A stretch of DNA of 64,000 nucleotides. Origin: an uncultured Chloroflexia bacterium (GTDB lineage: Bacteria; Chloroflexota; Anaerolineae; Anaerolineales; Villigracilaceae). The notes beneath the pieces are model-generated. The model worked only from the letters and a program-made list of their open reading frames with translations, made no database searches and had not been told where the DNA came from. This document shows positions 24,335 to 34,865 of the stretch, one piece after another. The position numbers and the translations under genes are program-made. Numbering within the stretch: the stretch's first letter is position 1; each line of letters starts with the position of its first letter. The stretch covers positions 75,531 through 139,530 of the forward strand of contig CAWALN010000022.1 in assembly GCA_963782935.1 (NCBI GenBank), read 5' to 3'.

Positions 24335-25337
24335 ATGCCTACAGTCCTTGATCGCCTGAATGATGCTTTGCATCACGCCTTGGAAAAGGATAACCTTGTC
24401 TACGTCATCGGTGAGGATATCCTCGACCCGTATGGCGGAGCCTTTAAGGTATCCCGCGGGTTGAGCACAGAGTTTCCACAACGGGTCCTGACATCGCCAA
24501 TATCTGAGGCAGGCATTGTCGGTCTGGCCTCCGGGATGGCCCTGCGAGGGTTGCACCCGGTGGTCGAGATCATGTTCGGGGATTTCGTCGGGCTCATCGC
24601 CGATCAGGTCATCAATCAAGCCGCCAAATTCCGTTGGATGTATAACGATCAAGTCAGGGTTCCCCTGGTGATCCGTACACCCATGGGCGGACATCGTGGC
24701 TATGGCCCCACTCATTCGCAATCCCTGGAGAAGCTCTTCCTGGGAATTCCGGGCCTGAAAGTGGTTGCACCCAATACCCTGGGCGATCCGGCGGGATTAT
24801 TGGAAACTGCGGTTGCGGACGAAGATCCGGTCCTCTTTATAGAGCATAAGCTGCTCTATACCCGTCCGCTTTTGGAGACAGGTCAGGGTGACTTGCTGGA
24901 ATTCGAGGTCGAGACTTCGGCGGAGATCTATCCGGCTTACCTGCTGCGTTTCAGGAACCAGGCTCCCCAGATCACCCTGGCGACATATGGATATAATTTT
25001 GAGTTGGCTCGGGCTGCGGCGCTCCAATTGGTTTACGACTATGAACTTTTCGTAGATATCGTCCTATTCTCGCAATTAAGTCCTTTCGATATTTCTCCTT
25101 TGGTGGCGTCCCTCTCCCAGACTCGCCGCCTTCTGACGATGGAAGAAGGCGGGCTGAGCCTCGGTTGGGGCGCGGAAATTGCGGCCCGTGCCGCTGAAAT
25201 CGGAATGGATGGAGTTACGGGTCCAGCGGGTGGCTGCCCTTGATCTGCCGGTGGCCAACTCAAGGCCTCTCGAAGAAGCCATCCTGCCAACTCAAGAGAG
25301 GCTCGTGCAGGCGGCCCTTGACCTGCTGGGCTATTGA
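24335..25337 (+). CDS. E1 beta subunit, transketolase-like (frame break near 25225)
   Basis: GEDILDPYGGAFKVS, SPISEAGIVG, IRTPMGGHRGYGPTHSQS. Confidence 0.8.
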
Positions 25338-25340
25338 GCC

Positions 25341-26476
25341 ATGGTGACTATGATCCTTTCAGAAATCCTCGTACCTCTTCTCAATGCCAACGAGCCCGAA
25401 GCCCGGCTGGTTTCCATTCACGTGAAGGATGGCCAGCTCGTCAGCAGAGGCATGCTCCTGTTTACAATTGAGACTACCAAGGCGGCATCTGAGATAGAGT
25501 CGCCCGGGTCGGGTCATATCCGAATGCTGGCCAGGGAAGGCGAAATATTGCGGGTGGGGGACCGGATGGCAGTGATCACCGAAAGTGTTGATGAACCCTG
25601 GAAGGCCTTTCATCCCGCAAGACCACCGGAAAGGAGAGCCCCGCTTCGGATGGACATCCGGCGGGTTTGCGGATCACCAAACCGGCGTTGGCCCTGGCAG
25701 AATCCCTTGGGGTGGACCTGAAGTCGCTTCCACTGGATAGATTGATCACCGAAGTCGGTCGTCAAGGGAATTGCCCAGACGGAAGAAGTGAGACCCTTTC
25801 ATTGCCGGCCTCCGAAAAACCATTTATCCTTATCTTTGGGGCAGGCGGGCATGCGAAATCCATAATGGAAATGATCCTGCAATTGGATGAATTCGCCATT
25901 GCAGGTATCCTTGACGATAATGAAAAACTTCGTGGAAGCCAGGTGCTTGGCATTCCCGTGCTGGGGACGCGTTCGCGCTTGTCCGAATTGGTTGATCTGG
26001 GCGTCAACCTGGCAGCCAATGGGGTTGGCGGTATCCTGGATATCAATATCCGCATCCGCATCTTCGAGCTGTTGGAAGGGGCCGGTTTTACTTTTCCTAT
26101 GTTGGTCCATCCGCGGGCAACTATCGAGCCGAGCGCACAGGTCGAGGCCGGCGTTCAGGTCTTTGCCAATGCATACGTCGGATCCGAGGCTCGCTTACAT
26201 TCAAAGTGTATGATCAACACAAATGCGGTGGTTTCTCACGATTGCGAGATTGGAGCTTACACTCACATCGCCCCCGGCGCTTTGTTGGCCGGGCATGTGC
26301 ATGTAGGCGATCGCTCTCTGATCGGCATGGGAGTGACCACTTCGATTGGAGTGAAGGTTGGTTCAGGGGTGAGGGTGGGGAATGGAGCCATTCTCCTGGC
26401 GGATGTGCCGGATAGAACCATCATTCAAGCCGGTCGATTCTGGACCGGAAAAGCCGAGGCGATCAATAGACAGTAA
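25341..26476 (+). CDS. lipoyl domain + peripheral-subunit-binding domain + PglD/NeuD-type hexapeptide acyltransferase fusion (frame break near 25590)
   Basis: IETTKAASEIESPGSGHI..VGD (lipoyl-lysine context). RITKPALALAESLGVDLKSL (PSBD-like). ILIFGAGGHAKSI Rossmann-like PglD_N region. LbH repeats with VVSHDCEIG..HIAPGA..AGHV.VG. Confidence 0.65.
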
Positions 26477-26519
26477 TTAGGCCGGGTCTGCCCGGTCTTT
26501 ATCCTTTCATCGAAACCAT

Positions 26520-27030
26520 ATGCATCGAAACGATACCCACTTACAACTCCTGAGAGTGGTTCTTGAAAATGCGCTTCAGCCGCGCCGGCTGGATGCCCAT
26601 CCCTGGACGAAGAGTTTGATAGTCATCCAGGCGAAAATTGATATGCCCAACTTGTTGGATAAAAGCCCCGGCCAACAGCTGGTGGCGGCTGTCGCGCGAT
26701 TGTTTTGCCAGATGATGCCGGCTACGCCTCCGAAAGGGGAAAACGTTTGGATACCCGCTGGGGAGAGTTCGGTATTCTGGCGGCTGAATTTTTTTCACCC
26801 TTCTTCTTTGGCGGGCCTTCTCCGGCCTCTTTGAGGGATGCCTGGGGATATATTGATAGGAGTATTCTCCTCTTTGTGTTCGGAGAATCCAATTTACCTT
26901 CCGAGGAAGAAAAAGAACACTTATCGGTTAGTGGGGGGTGAGAATTCGGTAGCTCCCTCCAGCACCTTGAGCGATTGGCACTTGCAATGGGGTCAAGCGG
27001 TTGCTGGAAATCATCGTCCGGCGTGAACAA
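26520..27030 (+). CDS. hypothetical protein with at least 3 frame breaks (possibly HTH-like)
   Basis: Coherent peptide segments (MHRNDTHLQLLRVVLE.., LDTRWGEFGILAAEFF..LRDAWGYIDRSILLFVFG, YRLVGGENSVAPSSTLSDWH, LLEIIVRREQYLAE) in alternating frames. Confidence 0.3.
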
Positions 27031-27106
27031 TATCTGGCAGAAACTCTTTCGAAACCAGCCTTGATCGAGGCAGGCGAAAGGTTGGAATCAGGCGATTCAG
27101 AATTTA

Positions 27107-29097
27107 GTGAACCGTGGATGGCTTCTCCCAGGCGGAAAAGTCCGCACAAGGAAAGTGATCCTGTTCGTCTCTTTATTCCTGATTGCGATCTTGATCGGAA
27201 CGGGCATCTTCGGCGGGATCAAGCTCAGGCGAATCTATCGAGCGGCCCAGATCCTTCGCCAGGATGCGCTGGATCTCCAGGATTTGGGGAAGGGATCTGG
27301 TAATCCGATTGAGCGTCTTAAAGACCGCTGGAGAGTCACTGCCAAAATTGAAACAGGATTATGAGACCCTCAAAACGGAGGTCGAGCCCTTTCTATGGAT
27401 GACGCCCTGGTTGAAATGGGTGCCCACTTATGGGAGCGATATCGCTTCAGTCCCACAGTTAATTGATCTTGCCGATCCTTTATTGGCTTCGGTGGATCTT
27501 GCCTACGGGGCAGTATCACCTTTGTTGGATGGCAGTGGACTCGCAGGGCTAACCCCCACGGATCTTTCCGCTTTTCTGGTCAAAGCCCAGCCGCAATTGG
27601 TTGGAAGCCGGATACAAGGTCAACCTGGTTGTGTCAGCCCGCAAAAATTTACCGGTAGAAACGCTCTCTCCAGAGGTTCGGGATTTGGTGGAGGCTAAGC
27701 TGGATCCTTTGATTGCCCTGATGCAGGATGGGTTGACCCTGGCAGAGGAATTCCCCCTGTTGGTAGGAGCGAGCTCGGAAGGTCCGAAAACATATCTCTT
27801 GCTGGTCGAAAATGAAGATGAACTTCGTCCCACCGGAGGTTTCATCACCGCGGCCGGAACTTTGCTCATGCAGGATGGCCGCATCACCAGTATGACGTTT
27901 GAAAATACCGGCGATCTGGATGATTGGACCAAGCCCTACCCGGCAGCCCCCTGGCAACTCCAGCAATATATGAACAGCCGTGTCCTTGTTCTGCGGGATA
28001 CGAACTGGTTTACCAACTTTCCGACTGCAGCCTTATATGCAGAAACCCTTTACTCCTATGTAAATAATCATTCCGAGGACGGTGTAATAGCCTTCGATCA
28101 GCAGGCATTGGTCGACCTGCTGGATGTGACCGGGCCCGTCCAACTTGAAGGAGTGGACTATCCCATCAATTCGAGCAATGTCATAGCATATATGCGGACC
28201 GCGAAGGTCCCCACCGCCGATGACCTGGCTTCGCCGGTTTGGAACTACAAGCTTTTCATGAAAAAGATCGCCGATGCCCTGGCAGCGAAGATTTTTAGCG
28301 GCGAGATTCCCTTGGAACGCCTTGTCACCGGTTTACTTAAAATCCTGAATGAGCATCATGTGCTGGTCCAACTGGATAATCCTTACCTGGCAGCCCTTAT
28401 GGCCAAATATCATTGGGATGGCGCTCTTCGCCATGATACGGGCGATTTTCTCATGGTGGTGGATAGCAATGTTGGTTTCAACAAGACCAATGCAGTCGTG
28501 GATACCAGCCTGGACTATGATGTCGACCTGACCTCGCCCCTGTCACCAACCAGTACACTTACGGTTTATCATAAGAATAATTCTCCGGAGTTGATTTGTA
28601 AGCAGTGGGATAAAGTCAGGCCTGTTTCAGAAGAAAAATATCCCATCACGGATTGTTATTGGAATTATCTGCGGGTTTACTTACCAGCCGGAACCAGGCT
28701 GCTGGATTCAACGACACAGGCTGTTCCCGCCTACTGGATGATCGTCAAGAAAGATATTCCGGCCCATGTGGATATATTGGACGAAGCCATCCAGAATATT
28801 TCATCTTTCGGTACACTCCAGGTGGTTCCGGGTGGCGAATCCCTCACCGCGGCTTTCCATTTTTCTCTCCCGCCTGCTACCCTGACCCAACCGGCTCCAG
28901 ACCAATTCCTTTATCATCTGAAGATCCAAAAACAACCGGGCACACAGGCCACACCTTTTGCGCTGCGGATCCACTTACCGGGGAGCGCGGTCATCCAGCG
29001 GGCAACTGCGGGGGCGGTCCACCAGGAAAACAGCCTTCTCTACCTGACCGACCTGCGCGTCGACAGAGAAATCGAGATCCTTTTCTCTTTACCCTAA
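27107..29097 (+). CDS. DUF4012 domain membrane-anchored protein (frame breaks near 27310 and 27600)
   Basis: N-terminal TM helix VILFVSLFLIAILIGTGIF. LLLVENEDELRPTGGFITAAG core typical of DUF4012. Confidence 0.7.
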
Positions 29098-29183
29098 ATC
29101 CGGACGAAATCCGGATTTTATTTCTTACAGATGGCTATATAATGATCGTAGCCCTTTTATCATCATTTAAGGAGGAGAGTCCC

Positions 29184-30269
29184 ATGAAAAAATATATTCC
29201 CATTCTCGTTGTTATCGTCCTGGTTGTGACGGTCCTGGGCATTACCCGGAACAATCCGGTTTGGGCCGGGCCAAGCTCGAGCGGAGCCAACGCTCCATTG
29301 AAAGTGATCAAGACAGTCACTGAAGATGGCGCTTACAACCTCGGAGGCGTTTGCACGGTCACACTGGCTTACACGGCCGATGGATACAAGACGGTTGCCG
29401 ATGCGGAAGTTTTGGTCAAAGATTCTGAAAAGGTTCCTTTCCTCCCGGTCAAACAACCCGGTTACAGCGATGAATTCCTTCTCTATCCTGGATGCCGTTT
29501 TATTCACTCTGAATTGGATGCAAATAAGAATTATCAGGTTGTCGAACCCATGGATACTCAGGATGGGACTGCCCAAGTTTGCTTTGGCGCCAGCCCGGTT
29601 CTGACAATGAGTATCTATTATTACCTTGAGAATCCCCCCACCGGTAATAAGGTCTGGATCCAGCTTCCCACCACTTTGGAAGATCAAAACAGGCTCATCT
29701 GTGCCCCTGCCCAACATTCGGGTGTTTATATGCCCTCAGGCAAGTACATCACTGACCCATCCTTGATCCCGGGCGGGACAGGCGGTGGTGAAGAAGGCGG
29801 TGGCCAGGGCTCTGTGCAACCGCCTCCCAGGCAGGTAACCATCACCACACCGGGTACCTATGCCATCGGTGGTATCTGCACCCTGCAGACTAAATATAAT
29901 GTCCCGAATTTATCGGATACGGTGGCAGTTGAATTTGCCAACGATCATATGACCCAGGACACTCTAACGGTATCGCCGGATGTCGTCAAAGGAATTTTCT
30001 ACTTCCCGGGCTGCCACGTGATCCATTATCTAAAGGCTGTCATCCAGGATACGGTAACCCCCGACCAGGGTGATTGGAAGATCTGTTTCGCCGCCATTCC
30101 GGATAAAGTTATGACGATTTATTACTACAGGGATGATCTGACGGATGTCCTTCCCCCATGGGTCGCCCTCGAGTCGGCCACTGAAAATGGAAAAGTGTGC
30201 GCCGATCCGGTCGATTTCTCGGCTGTATATGTGCCTGCGGCCGCCGATCCACCTCCAGCGGCAAGATAA
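29184..30269 (+). CDS. secreted protein with two ~150-aa 4-Cys repeats (unknown family)
   Basis: SD AAGGAGGAG then ATG. Signal/anchor MKKYIPILVVIVLVVTVLG. Internal duplication with conserved GG[VI]CT, PGC..[FV]IH, [VI]CF, M.IYYY and C[AA].P motifs. Confidence 0.7.
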   Translation: MKKYIPILVVIVLVVTVLGITRNNPVWAGPSSSGANAPLKVIKTVTEDGAYNLGGVCTVTLAYTADGYKTVADAEVLVKDSEKVPFLPVKQPGYSDEFLLYPGCRFIHSELDANKNYQVVEPMDTQDGTAQVCFGASPVLTMSIYYYLENPPTGNKVWIQLPTTLEDQNRLICAPAQHSGVYMPSGKYITDPSLIPGGTGGGEEGGGQGSVQPPPRQVTITTPGTYAIGGICTLQTKYNVPNLSDTVAVEFANDHMTQDTLTVSPDVVKGIFYFPGCHVIHYLKAVIQDTVTPDQGDWKICFAAIPDKVMTIYYYRDDLTDVLPPWVALESATENGKVCADPVDFSAVYVPAAADPPPAAR

Positions 30270-30365
30270 ATCGGAAGTAATATTAATCAATAAATATGAG
30301 TGCAACCGGGTTTTATGCCGGTTGCACTCATGTATTACAGGGAATCGCCTCAACCAGGGTAAGTT

Positions 30366-31933
30366 ATGTATAATCCTGTCATGCAATCCTCCCATCGTTT
30401 TATCCGCATATTACCTCCCCTCGTCCTGGCTATTTCACTAATAGCCGTCTATTTGTTTACTATGGCACCAGGATTGACGTGGGCAAATTCTGGGGCGGAT
30501 GGGGGCGATTTGATCACTGCGGCTGCTACGGGAGGCGTGGCTCATCCTACAGGTTATCCTACTTTTTTGCTGATTGCCGCGTCTCTTTCAATTCCTGCCG
30601 ATTGGCTCGTTGGCATTCCGAACGAATTTAATGTCCGCCCTGGCGGCGACAACTGCCGCTGTTCTTGTGTATTACCTTACCAGCCGGTATATGGAGCCCT
30701 CATCTCCAACCCGCTTTTGGATACCTGGCCTCGTCACTGGCTTCGGCTTCGGAGTAGCGCCTCTCTTGTGGTCGCAAGCCGTCATCACGGAAGTGTATTC
30801 CCTGAATTGCCTGTTTGTTGCCCTCATTCTTTATCTATCCGAGAGTCCCCTTACCCTTTTCCTAAATCAAAGGCGGAAGGATATCTTACTGGGCTTGACA
30901 TTCGGTCTGGCCCTGGGGAACCATATTACGGTCGTTTTTCTTTTACCAATCCTCTTTCTTTCGAACCTCATTCGCCCTCAAGAAGCGCAAAAAGGGGAGC
31001 GCTGGATCGACCGCTTCCGGTTCGATCACCGGTCTATTCTCTTGAGACTCTTATGGACAGGAATTGGGTTGTTGATTTATTTGTCCTTGCCATTAAGAGC
31101 CATCTTCCATCCTCCGGTTAATTGGGGAAATCCTGCCACTCCGGCCGGCTTTGCATGGCTGGTGTCAGGAAAATTGTACCAGGATCAATTCCTGATTTCT
31201 TCCTTTTCCATTCTTTTCGAAAGGATTCGCGCCGTCGCGGCGATTTTTCTGGATCAATTCGGATTGGTGGGGTTGACAATAAGCCTGGTCGGGTTGATCG
31301 TTTATTTCAAACCCTCCCGCCTTTATTTATCTTTGTTGTGGATCCTGAGTGCATTTTCTATCTTCTCGATCGTGTATGCCACCAGCAACTCATTTGTATA
31401 TCTTAATACCTGCCGAACTTGCCTTAAGTATTTGGATGGGGATAGGGGTGGGGAGGTTGGTTGACTTGATTGCTCGCAGGTGGAGGTTCATCTCAGTTGG
31501 ATTTGGTACGGCTGTCTTACTGGTTCTATTCATTCAGGCTGGATTGCATTGGAGTCATGTCGATGCTTCCGGCGATTCGCGGGCGGAAACATTCGGGAAG
31601 GATGTTCTTTCGATTGCCCCCCAGGACGCGATTGTTTTTGCCAAAGGTGATCAGGCTATTTTTTCCTTATGGTATTTTCACTACGCCCTCCACAACCGGC
31701 CTGATCTTGTCGTCATTGCCTCTGACTTATTGCAATTCGATTGGTATTTACAAACGCTCCGTTCCATCTACCCCGCCATGGATTTATCCGAGCCATTCCC
31801 TTTTCCAGAGACGGTCATTGTCCTAAATCCTGACCGGTATGTCTGCTATGCGGAATATAGTCAGATCCCCGAGATTAATTGTGTGCCGCCAAGAGGGTTA
31901 GCCATGCCTCCGGGAACGGCAGGAAGGGATTGA
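30366..31933 (+). CDS. DUF2723 / protein O-mannosyltransferase-like membrane glycosyltransferase (two or more frame breaks)
   Basis: MAPGLTWANSGADGGDLITAAATGGVAHPTGYPTF N-terminal signature. Polytopic protein spread over ORFs 30366-, 30574- and 31349-31933. Confidence 0.65.
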
Positions 31934-32561
31934 TAAACCTCGTCAGTTTGGGAATGGCCGTCACAAACAGCCTTCCCCAGGAAGCTTCTCCACCTTGGGC
32001 AATGCAGGTTTGGAAAGTCAGATGTTCGTTTCCCGTATAGAACATGTTGAATATTTCTCCGGCGGAATAGACGTGGCTGGTCATGCCGTCAGAAAAATCG
32101 CTGGTTAGATCGTTCGGCTGAAGGGCTTGAAAACGAGCGATCTTTTCGACCTGGAAGATAGAAAACTGTCCGTCCCCATAAACAACCCGAATTTCCTGCC
32201 CGACTTGTAGACTGGAAAAAGAGGCGCCGGCTAGATTGTTATGGGCCAGGAGACCGATGATTTGATGGCTGGCTGCCAGGCCAAAGCGGGTCAAGACTCC
32301 ATCTGTCTCCGAGACATATCCGGGATTGTTGGCGGGTTGCGGAACCACCGGGTCGGCGAACAAGTCCGGCACATACACTCCGGTAATTACATTGGCTTGC
32401 CCGGTTCTTACAGAGGCAACAAATTTCGAAAAGGTTGGGAGTTCTAGCGAGGAAATAGCCGCGCCGGTTTCCAATGGGACAAACAATCCCATTAATATCG
32501 CCAGAAACGCACAGGCTTTAAAAATCCGGTTGGTTTTCACCAGTATTCTCCTTTGTGACAA
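31875..32561 (-). CDS. sortase-like cysteine transpeptidase
   Basis: N-terminal anchor, LLAHNN His motif, LTFQTC catalytic Cys motif, and WGRLFVTA Arg 12 residues later. This matches the TLxTC...R..V.A spacing of sortases. Confidence 0.55.
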   Translation of the reverse strand: MSQRRILVKTNRIFKACAFLAILMGLFVPLETGAAISSLELPTFSKFVASVRTGQANVITGVYVPDLFADPVVPQPANNPGYVSETDGVLTRFGLAASHQIIGLLAHNNLAGASFSSLQVGQEIRVVYGDGQFSIFQVEKIARFQALQPNDLTSDFSDGMTSHVYSAGEIFNMFYTGNEHLTFQTCIAQGGEASWGRLFVTAIPKLTRFINPFLPFPEAWLTLLAAHN

Positions 32562-32896
32562 GGGCAGGAGTTTTTGGGAAAACCAGCCTGTTTAGGCATT
32601 AAATAAAATATGGTTTTCGGAAGCCTGGCGATCTTGGCCGTGTCTGCGGCTGTAGATCCATGGCTTTGCGTCACCGGTTTTCACCGGATTTGCCCTTGTC
32701 GGTACCACTAAAGATCAAAATGCATCACCGGCTTTTTCCGGCTATGCAATTCTCGGATTTCGTAAGTTGTTAAAGTTTGAAGGCGGTATTATAGCCAATT
32801 ATGTTTTGATTATGGCTCTCTTTACATAATTGTTAACCTGTAAATTGGCCAGTTCGAGTGGCCAGATTCACTTGATTTTCTCTTCCTCTCCGTGGA

Positions 32897-33880
32897 TTAC
32901 CAATAGTGATGTACCAGCGGCTTTACCTGACCGGCATAGATGTTCTGTATGGACGCCATGGTATCTGCGCTCAAGGGCGGCAAGTCGGCTGCATGAATAT
33001 TCTCTTCCACCTGTTGGGGCCTTTTAGCGCCCGGGATGGCGCAGGTGACCGCCGGGAACATGAGTATCCATTGCAGGGCCAGTTGGGTCAGGGTTTCACC
33101 TGCTGGAACCAGGGGCCTTAATGCGTCAACCGCCTGCAGGCCTTTCTCGTAATCAATCCCCGAGAAAGTCTCACCGCGATCGAAAGCCTCTCCGTGGCGG
33201 TTATAAGAACGGTGATCGTTTGGTGAAAACGAGCTGTTTCGAGTCATTTTGCCGGTCAGCAGACCGGACGCCAGGGGTACCCGGGCCAGGATTCCCACTT
33301 TACGGCGTTGAGCTTCTTCAAAGAAGAGGTCCGCCGGCCGCTGGCGGAAGATGTTGAAAATGATCTGGACGGTTTTAACCCCTGGAAACTCAATCGCCTT
33401 AAGAGCTTCTTCCACTTTTTCCACGCTCACGCCGTAATTCTTCAATTTGCCGGCTTTTACCAGGTCATCCAGAACCCCGAATACATCGGGCATGTAATAG
33501 ACATCCGTGGGAGGGCAATGGAGCTGGAGGAGATCGAGGGAATCTACCCCCAGATTCTTAAGGCTTCTTTCCACAAACTCGCTCAGATTCTTGCGGTTAT
33601 AACCGTCCGCCACATGTGGATTGAGACGCCGGCCCGCTTTCGTGGCCACGTGAAAGGATTCTGGGCGGTCCTTGCGAAGTTGTGCCAGGAGGCGTTCGCT
33701 GCGCCCGTCGCCATACACATCTGCCGTATCAAAGAAATTGACTCCAAGGTCGAGGGCACGGTTCAACGCGGCCAGGGATTCCTTATCCTCCACATTTCCC
33801 CAATCGTTGCCAATAGCCCAGCAGCCAAAACTGATTGCAGATACTTTCCAGCCCGTCCGTCCAAGTTCTCGATATTCCAT
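32897..33880 (-). CDS. aldo/keto reductase
   Basis: GVNFFDTADVYGDG, LQLH, IPGA.R motifs. Confidence 0.85.
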   Translation of the reverse strand: MEYRELGRTGWKVSAISFGCWAIGNDWGNVEDKESLAALNRALDLGVNFFDTADVYGDGRSERLLAQLRKDRPESFHVATKAGRRLNPHVADGYNRKNLSEFVERSLKNLGVDSLDLLQLHCPPTDVYYMPDVFGVLDDLVKAGKLKNYGVSVEKVEEALKAIEFPGVKTVQIIFNIFRQRPADLFFEEAQRRKVGILARVPLASGLLTGKMTRNSSFSPNDHRSYNRHGEAFDRGETFSGIDYEKGLQAVDALRPLVPAGETLTQLALQWILMFPAVTCAIPGAKRPQQVEENIHAADLPPLSADTMASIQNIYAGQVKPLVHHYW

Positions 33881-33953
33881 GATATCCTCCTGCTATTACC
33901 TTGAAATATATACAAACAGTTTATTAGGTTTTTCCGAATAACTATATATCATC

Positions 33954-34865
33954 CTATGGGATTTGCCTAAAGATGAATTCACCTATCTCATTAATGGACG
34001 TCTGCGCTTCAGGGACCCAGGGGGCGAAGGCTTGAAATACATGCCACATCTGGTCCCAAATCTTGAGTTGGACTTTACTCCCGGCCTCTTTCAATTTTCC
34101 TTCCAGACGGGTTGAATCATCCAATAGAATTTCGTCGTTTCCCACGTGGATTAGCGTTGGAGGGAAACCCCGCAGATCCCCAAAAATCGGCGAGATCAAA
34201 GGATTCGTCGGGCTATCCTTTCCAATGTAGGGAGAGGTATAAATAAAGTCACCATTCACACTGAAGATCGGGTCCACCAGCTTGCGCGTCTGGATGGACT
34301 CACCCGAAAAGGTAAGGTCTGTCCAGGGTGAGATCAGGAAGAGAGCCGCAGGCAGCGGCGTACCTTCTTCCCTTAACCTCAGAGTGGTTGCCAGGGTCAA
34401 ACCTCCCCCGGCTGAATCGCCTCCGATGGCGATCTTTTCGGGAGGAATTCCCTGGCGAAGGAGCCAATGATAAGAAGCTAATGCATCCTCCAGCGCGGCC
34501 GGAAATGGATTTTCTGGGGCAAGACGATAAGCGGGTGCCAGTGCCCGAGCCTGGCTTGCCATGGCAAGGCGGGCAGCCAGGCCCCTGTGAGTGTCCAGCG
34601 AGCAAATGCAATAACCGCCTCCGTGGAGGTAAAGAATTACCCGCTCTCCTTTTATCTGCAATGGTTCGACCCATTCGGAATGGATCCCATCCACTGAAAC
34701 GCTGCAGGCTGTCATGCCGCGGGGGAGGCGTATACCTCGCCGGGCCAATTCATCCATGCGGGTCCGTTGTTCTTTAATGGATAACTTGGTCGAAATTGCC
34801 CGGGTTACACGAGCGAGGGTTTGATGGAGAATACGGCTTCGAAAACTGGTCATGGAGTCACCCAC
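33954..34865 (-). CDS. alpha/beta hydrolase, HSL-type esterase/lipase
   Basis: LHGGGY oxyanion motif and GDSAGG nucleophile elbow. Confidence 0.8.
   Translation of the reverse strand: MGDSMTSFRSRILHQTLARVTRAISTKLSIKEQRTRMDELARRGIRLPRGMTACSVSVDGIHSEWVEPLQIKGERVILYLHGGGYCICSLDTHRGLAARLAMASQARALAPAYRLAPENPFPAALEDALASYHWLLRQGIPPEKIAIGGDSAGGGLTLATTLRLREEGTPLPAALFLISPWTDLTFSGESIQTRKLVDPIFSVNGDFIYTSPYIGKDSPTNPLISPIFGDLRGFPPTLIHVGNDEILLDDSTRLEGKLKEAGSKVQLKIWDQMWHVFQAFAPWVPEAQTSINEIGEFIFRQIP

Noticed and set aside
28653-29183. N-terminal 177-aa extension of the ORF 28653-30269, overlapping the end of the DUF4012 gene.
   Set aside because: It is out of frame to the well-supported DUF4012 C-terminus and reads as low-complexity sequence. 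A strong SD (AAGGAGGAG) plus a signal peptide mark the real start at 29184.
32562-32896. 335-bp intergenic region with small hairpins (CCGGCTTTTTCCGG, TGGCCAgttcgagTGGCCA) as a candidate sRNA.
   Set aside because: I found no promoter/terminator pair and no match to the repeat families. The evidence is too weak without expression data.
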